Source: Octopus bimaculoides (taxonomy: Eukaryota). Taken from it: a stretch of DNA of 64,000 bases. Numbering within the stretch: the first letter of the stretch is position 1; each line of letters opens with the position of its first letter. Under the pieces are notes generated by a model. The model was not told the DNA's origin, did not search any database, and was given only the letters and a program-made list of their open reading frames with translations. The stretch is taken from positions 29,201,806 through 29,265,805 of the forward strand of contig NC_068998.1 in NCBI RefSeq assembly GCF_001194135.2, read 5' to 3'. A program made the position numbers and the translations under genes. Shown in pieces: positions 61,764-64,000 of this stretch.

Positions 61764-61949
61764 CTGTGGATAAAAGAAAATACAGGAGGATCAGTTAATT
61801 ATGATTTTATTCAACATATTCCCCTCAGGTTCACACACAGATTACAGCAGTCCTTCAGTTTTTTTAAGTCCTGTAAAAGAACTCAGAAGATTGGGCTTCC
61901 AACCAGGTCTTTCATGATACCCTTAAAGCCAGGAACTTTTCAGCACTAC

Positions 61950-61994
<45 letters not shown>

Positions 61995-62099
61995 TAGCAA
62001 CAATGCATTCCAGCATTGCCAGAGTGTTATGACCTACAGCCATATTGTATTACTAGCTGACAGACCCAGTAATTCCCAGGAAAGCAGGGCTTATTCCTT

Positions 62100-62790
62100 G
62101 ATTCCATTCTCATAATTGTTTCACTAATCCAATAACAAGAATACAATGTATGTAGCCCTTAAAATGTTTTTTGTGCATTTACAGACAATACTGAACTGTC
62201 TTTCACAGGGTCTTGTTTTCTAGGAATTCCCAATAAGTTATGAATACCCAAATTGTGAAGTCAGCTATGTAATAACATGAAATTAGTTACCCGATAGTAA
62301 GAATTCAAATAAGGTAGCCCCGAAAAGAGCTTTAATGCATTCACAGAATGTATAGAACATAGGAGGAAATACTAATAAGGTATGTATACTAAAATCATGA
62401 AGCGTGTTACGTAATAACAGGCTAATCAGATATGAGATAATAACAATTCAAAGTAAATAACTCTGAAAAGGGCTTTTGTGCATTCCCAGAGAATATTACC
62501 CTCAGGGGCGCTATTGTTAGTATATTCATGAATAAGTCACTGACTGAAATAAGTGGATCTATTGTTTAGATTGGCTTTATAATAAAATATATTAGATATA
62601 TATAAGGATCCCTTCTAGGGGCCCTATTATCAATCTTTTTCAACAATCTGAGTATGCCATGAGGTTACCAGACATGAGTTCTACTCATGTGTCAAGTTTC
62701 ATCAAAATCAATAAAACTATGTAGGAGAAGTTAACTAACAACTCCACAAACACACCCACAGACAGAATTTCCCACACATGTAGTAGATTT
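62100..62790 (+). mobile_element. Possible Helentron/HINE-like non-autonomous element with internal ~145-165-bp degenerate repeats
   Basis: Motif .tag/aa.cc..aaaa.gg.tt..tgcatt..caga recurs at ~62150, ~62313 and ~62456; the 3' part has caagtttcatcaaaatc...acagacagaattt...tagtagat. Confidence 0.35.
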
Positions 62791-64000
62791 GTTCCTTTCA
62801 AATGGGTAGAATCAGCAAAGCTGATATATAGTGAACTGGATTACTGGCATAACAGAAGTTATTGTTTGTTTAAAAGTGAAGTGGGGAGGGTACAATTTGC
62901 ATGGGTTTGCATGAAAGTGCTTTCTGTTCTTAAGAAGGATCACAAACATTTTCAAAATTTTAGTTTCCCTACTTCCCCACTGGAGTTTCTTACTTTGTAA
63001 CTTTTTTGTGAACTTCTTTTTTTAATCATGTAGAAAAATACAGAGATTATGAATCTGGGAAGTATATATTTTTTTAAAAGTTCAATTTTTCTTAAAGAAA
63101 CACTCAATGCCCCTTCCTCCAGATTGCACACCCATCACCTACCCACTTTCAAAAGCTAAAAACACCCAATGTTTCACTTTCATGTGATGTTTCACACATG
63201 CATNNNNNNNNNNNNNNNNNNNNNNNNNNNNNNNNNNNNNNNNNNNNNNNNNNNNNNNNNNNNNNNNNNNNNNNNNNNNNNNNNNNNNNNNNNNNNNNNN
63301 NNNNNNNNNNNNNNNNNNNNNNNNNNNNNNNNNNNNNNNNNNNNNNNNNNNNNNNNNNNNNNNNNNNNNNNNNNNNNNNNNNNNNNNNNNNNNNNNNNNN
63401 NNNNNNNNNNNNNNNNNNNNNNNNNNNNNNNNNNNNNNNNNNNNNNNNNNNNNNNNNNNNNNNNNNNNNNNNNNNNNNNNNNNNNNNNNNNNNNNNNNNN
63501 NNNNNNNNNNNNNNNNNNNNNNNNNNNNNNNNNNNNNNNNNNNNNNNNNNNNNNNNNNNNNNNNNNNNNNNNNNNNNNNNNNNNNNNNNNNNNNNNNNNN
63601 NNNNNNNNNNNNNNNNNNNNNNNNNNNNNNNNNNNNNNNNNNNNNNNNNNNNNNNNNNNNNNNNNNNNNNNNNNNNNNNNNNNNNNNNNNNNNNGAAAAA
63701 ATCAAGGGGGTGGGGTGCAAATGTCACCATGGACAGGCTAGAAATAAGAGGTAAAGGACAGGATTTTGTGGAAAACTTCCTTTTAAGTTTATATTGAAGA
63801 TCAAGTTTTTAAATACACTCATCACAAACACAAATTACAGAATAGAAAAAGGTGATTTCAATTGGATTTGAGCTGTAATTGTGCATGTGTACATAGCAAG
63901 AAATAACATAATTCATACAGAAGTTTTACCTAGTGTGTGTGTGTGTGTGTGTGTGCCAAAGGAAGTTATTTTATGGCATTCTTTCGTTTGAAGCAGAAAA

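Larger units (their letters stand above)
59041..61950. mobile_element. Mariner-derived MITE split by the Gypsy insertion (pieces 59041-59070 and 61764-61950)
   Basis: Left end gagggtgctgaaaagttcctg and right end ccaggaacttttcagcac are inverted; removing the LTR element rejoins ttcctga-ctctg-gataaaagaaaatacagg. Confidence 0.75.
5761..63694. other. Assembly gaps (N runs): 5761-5892, 11066-11075, 18236-18245, 20595-20604, 22746-23012, 24218-24957, 31614-31623, 33303-33480, 34468-35159, 63204-63694
   Basis: Directly visible; X-filled ORFs in the track are gap artefacts. Confidence 0.98.

Overview
This is AT-rich, microsatellite-dense, gapped animal genomic DNA. The RTE-LINE/SINE/MITE content resembles an octopus (coleoid cephalopod) draft assembly, which is my inference. 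The whole window appears to lie inside one minus-strand gene. I found eight phase-compatible GT-AG exons (53393-53303, 44314-44264, 39305-39215, 37263-37159, 31354-31264, 26647-26536, 15368-15279, 11377-11275; 734 nt in total). They splice into an open frame encoding 3 TPRs, a UBA-like domain and most of an RRM, i.e. a TTC31-like protein. The 5' and 3' exons were not found in the window. The introns hold many decayed RTE LINEs in both orientations, tRNA-derived SINEs, Penelope-like elements (PLE), Tx1/L1-like 3' ends, Tc1/mariner pieces and a probable Helitron. There is also an internally deleted Gypsy element with both LTRs, PBS, PPT and TSD, nested in a mariner MITE. Most notable are several minimal hammerhead-ribozyme-like motifs: a near-canonical one at 33003-33042, one per unit of a ~345-bp tandem repeat at 6.75-7.5 kb, and one on each arm of a ~1.4-kb head-to-head inverted repeat at 54.1-55.6 kb. 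Several long intronic hairpins and inverted repeats could form dsRNA in the pre-mRNA. Repeat boundaries are approximate (tens of bp); exon boundaries were read base by base.
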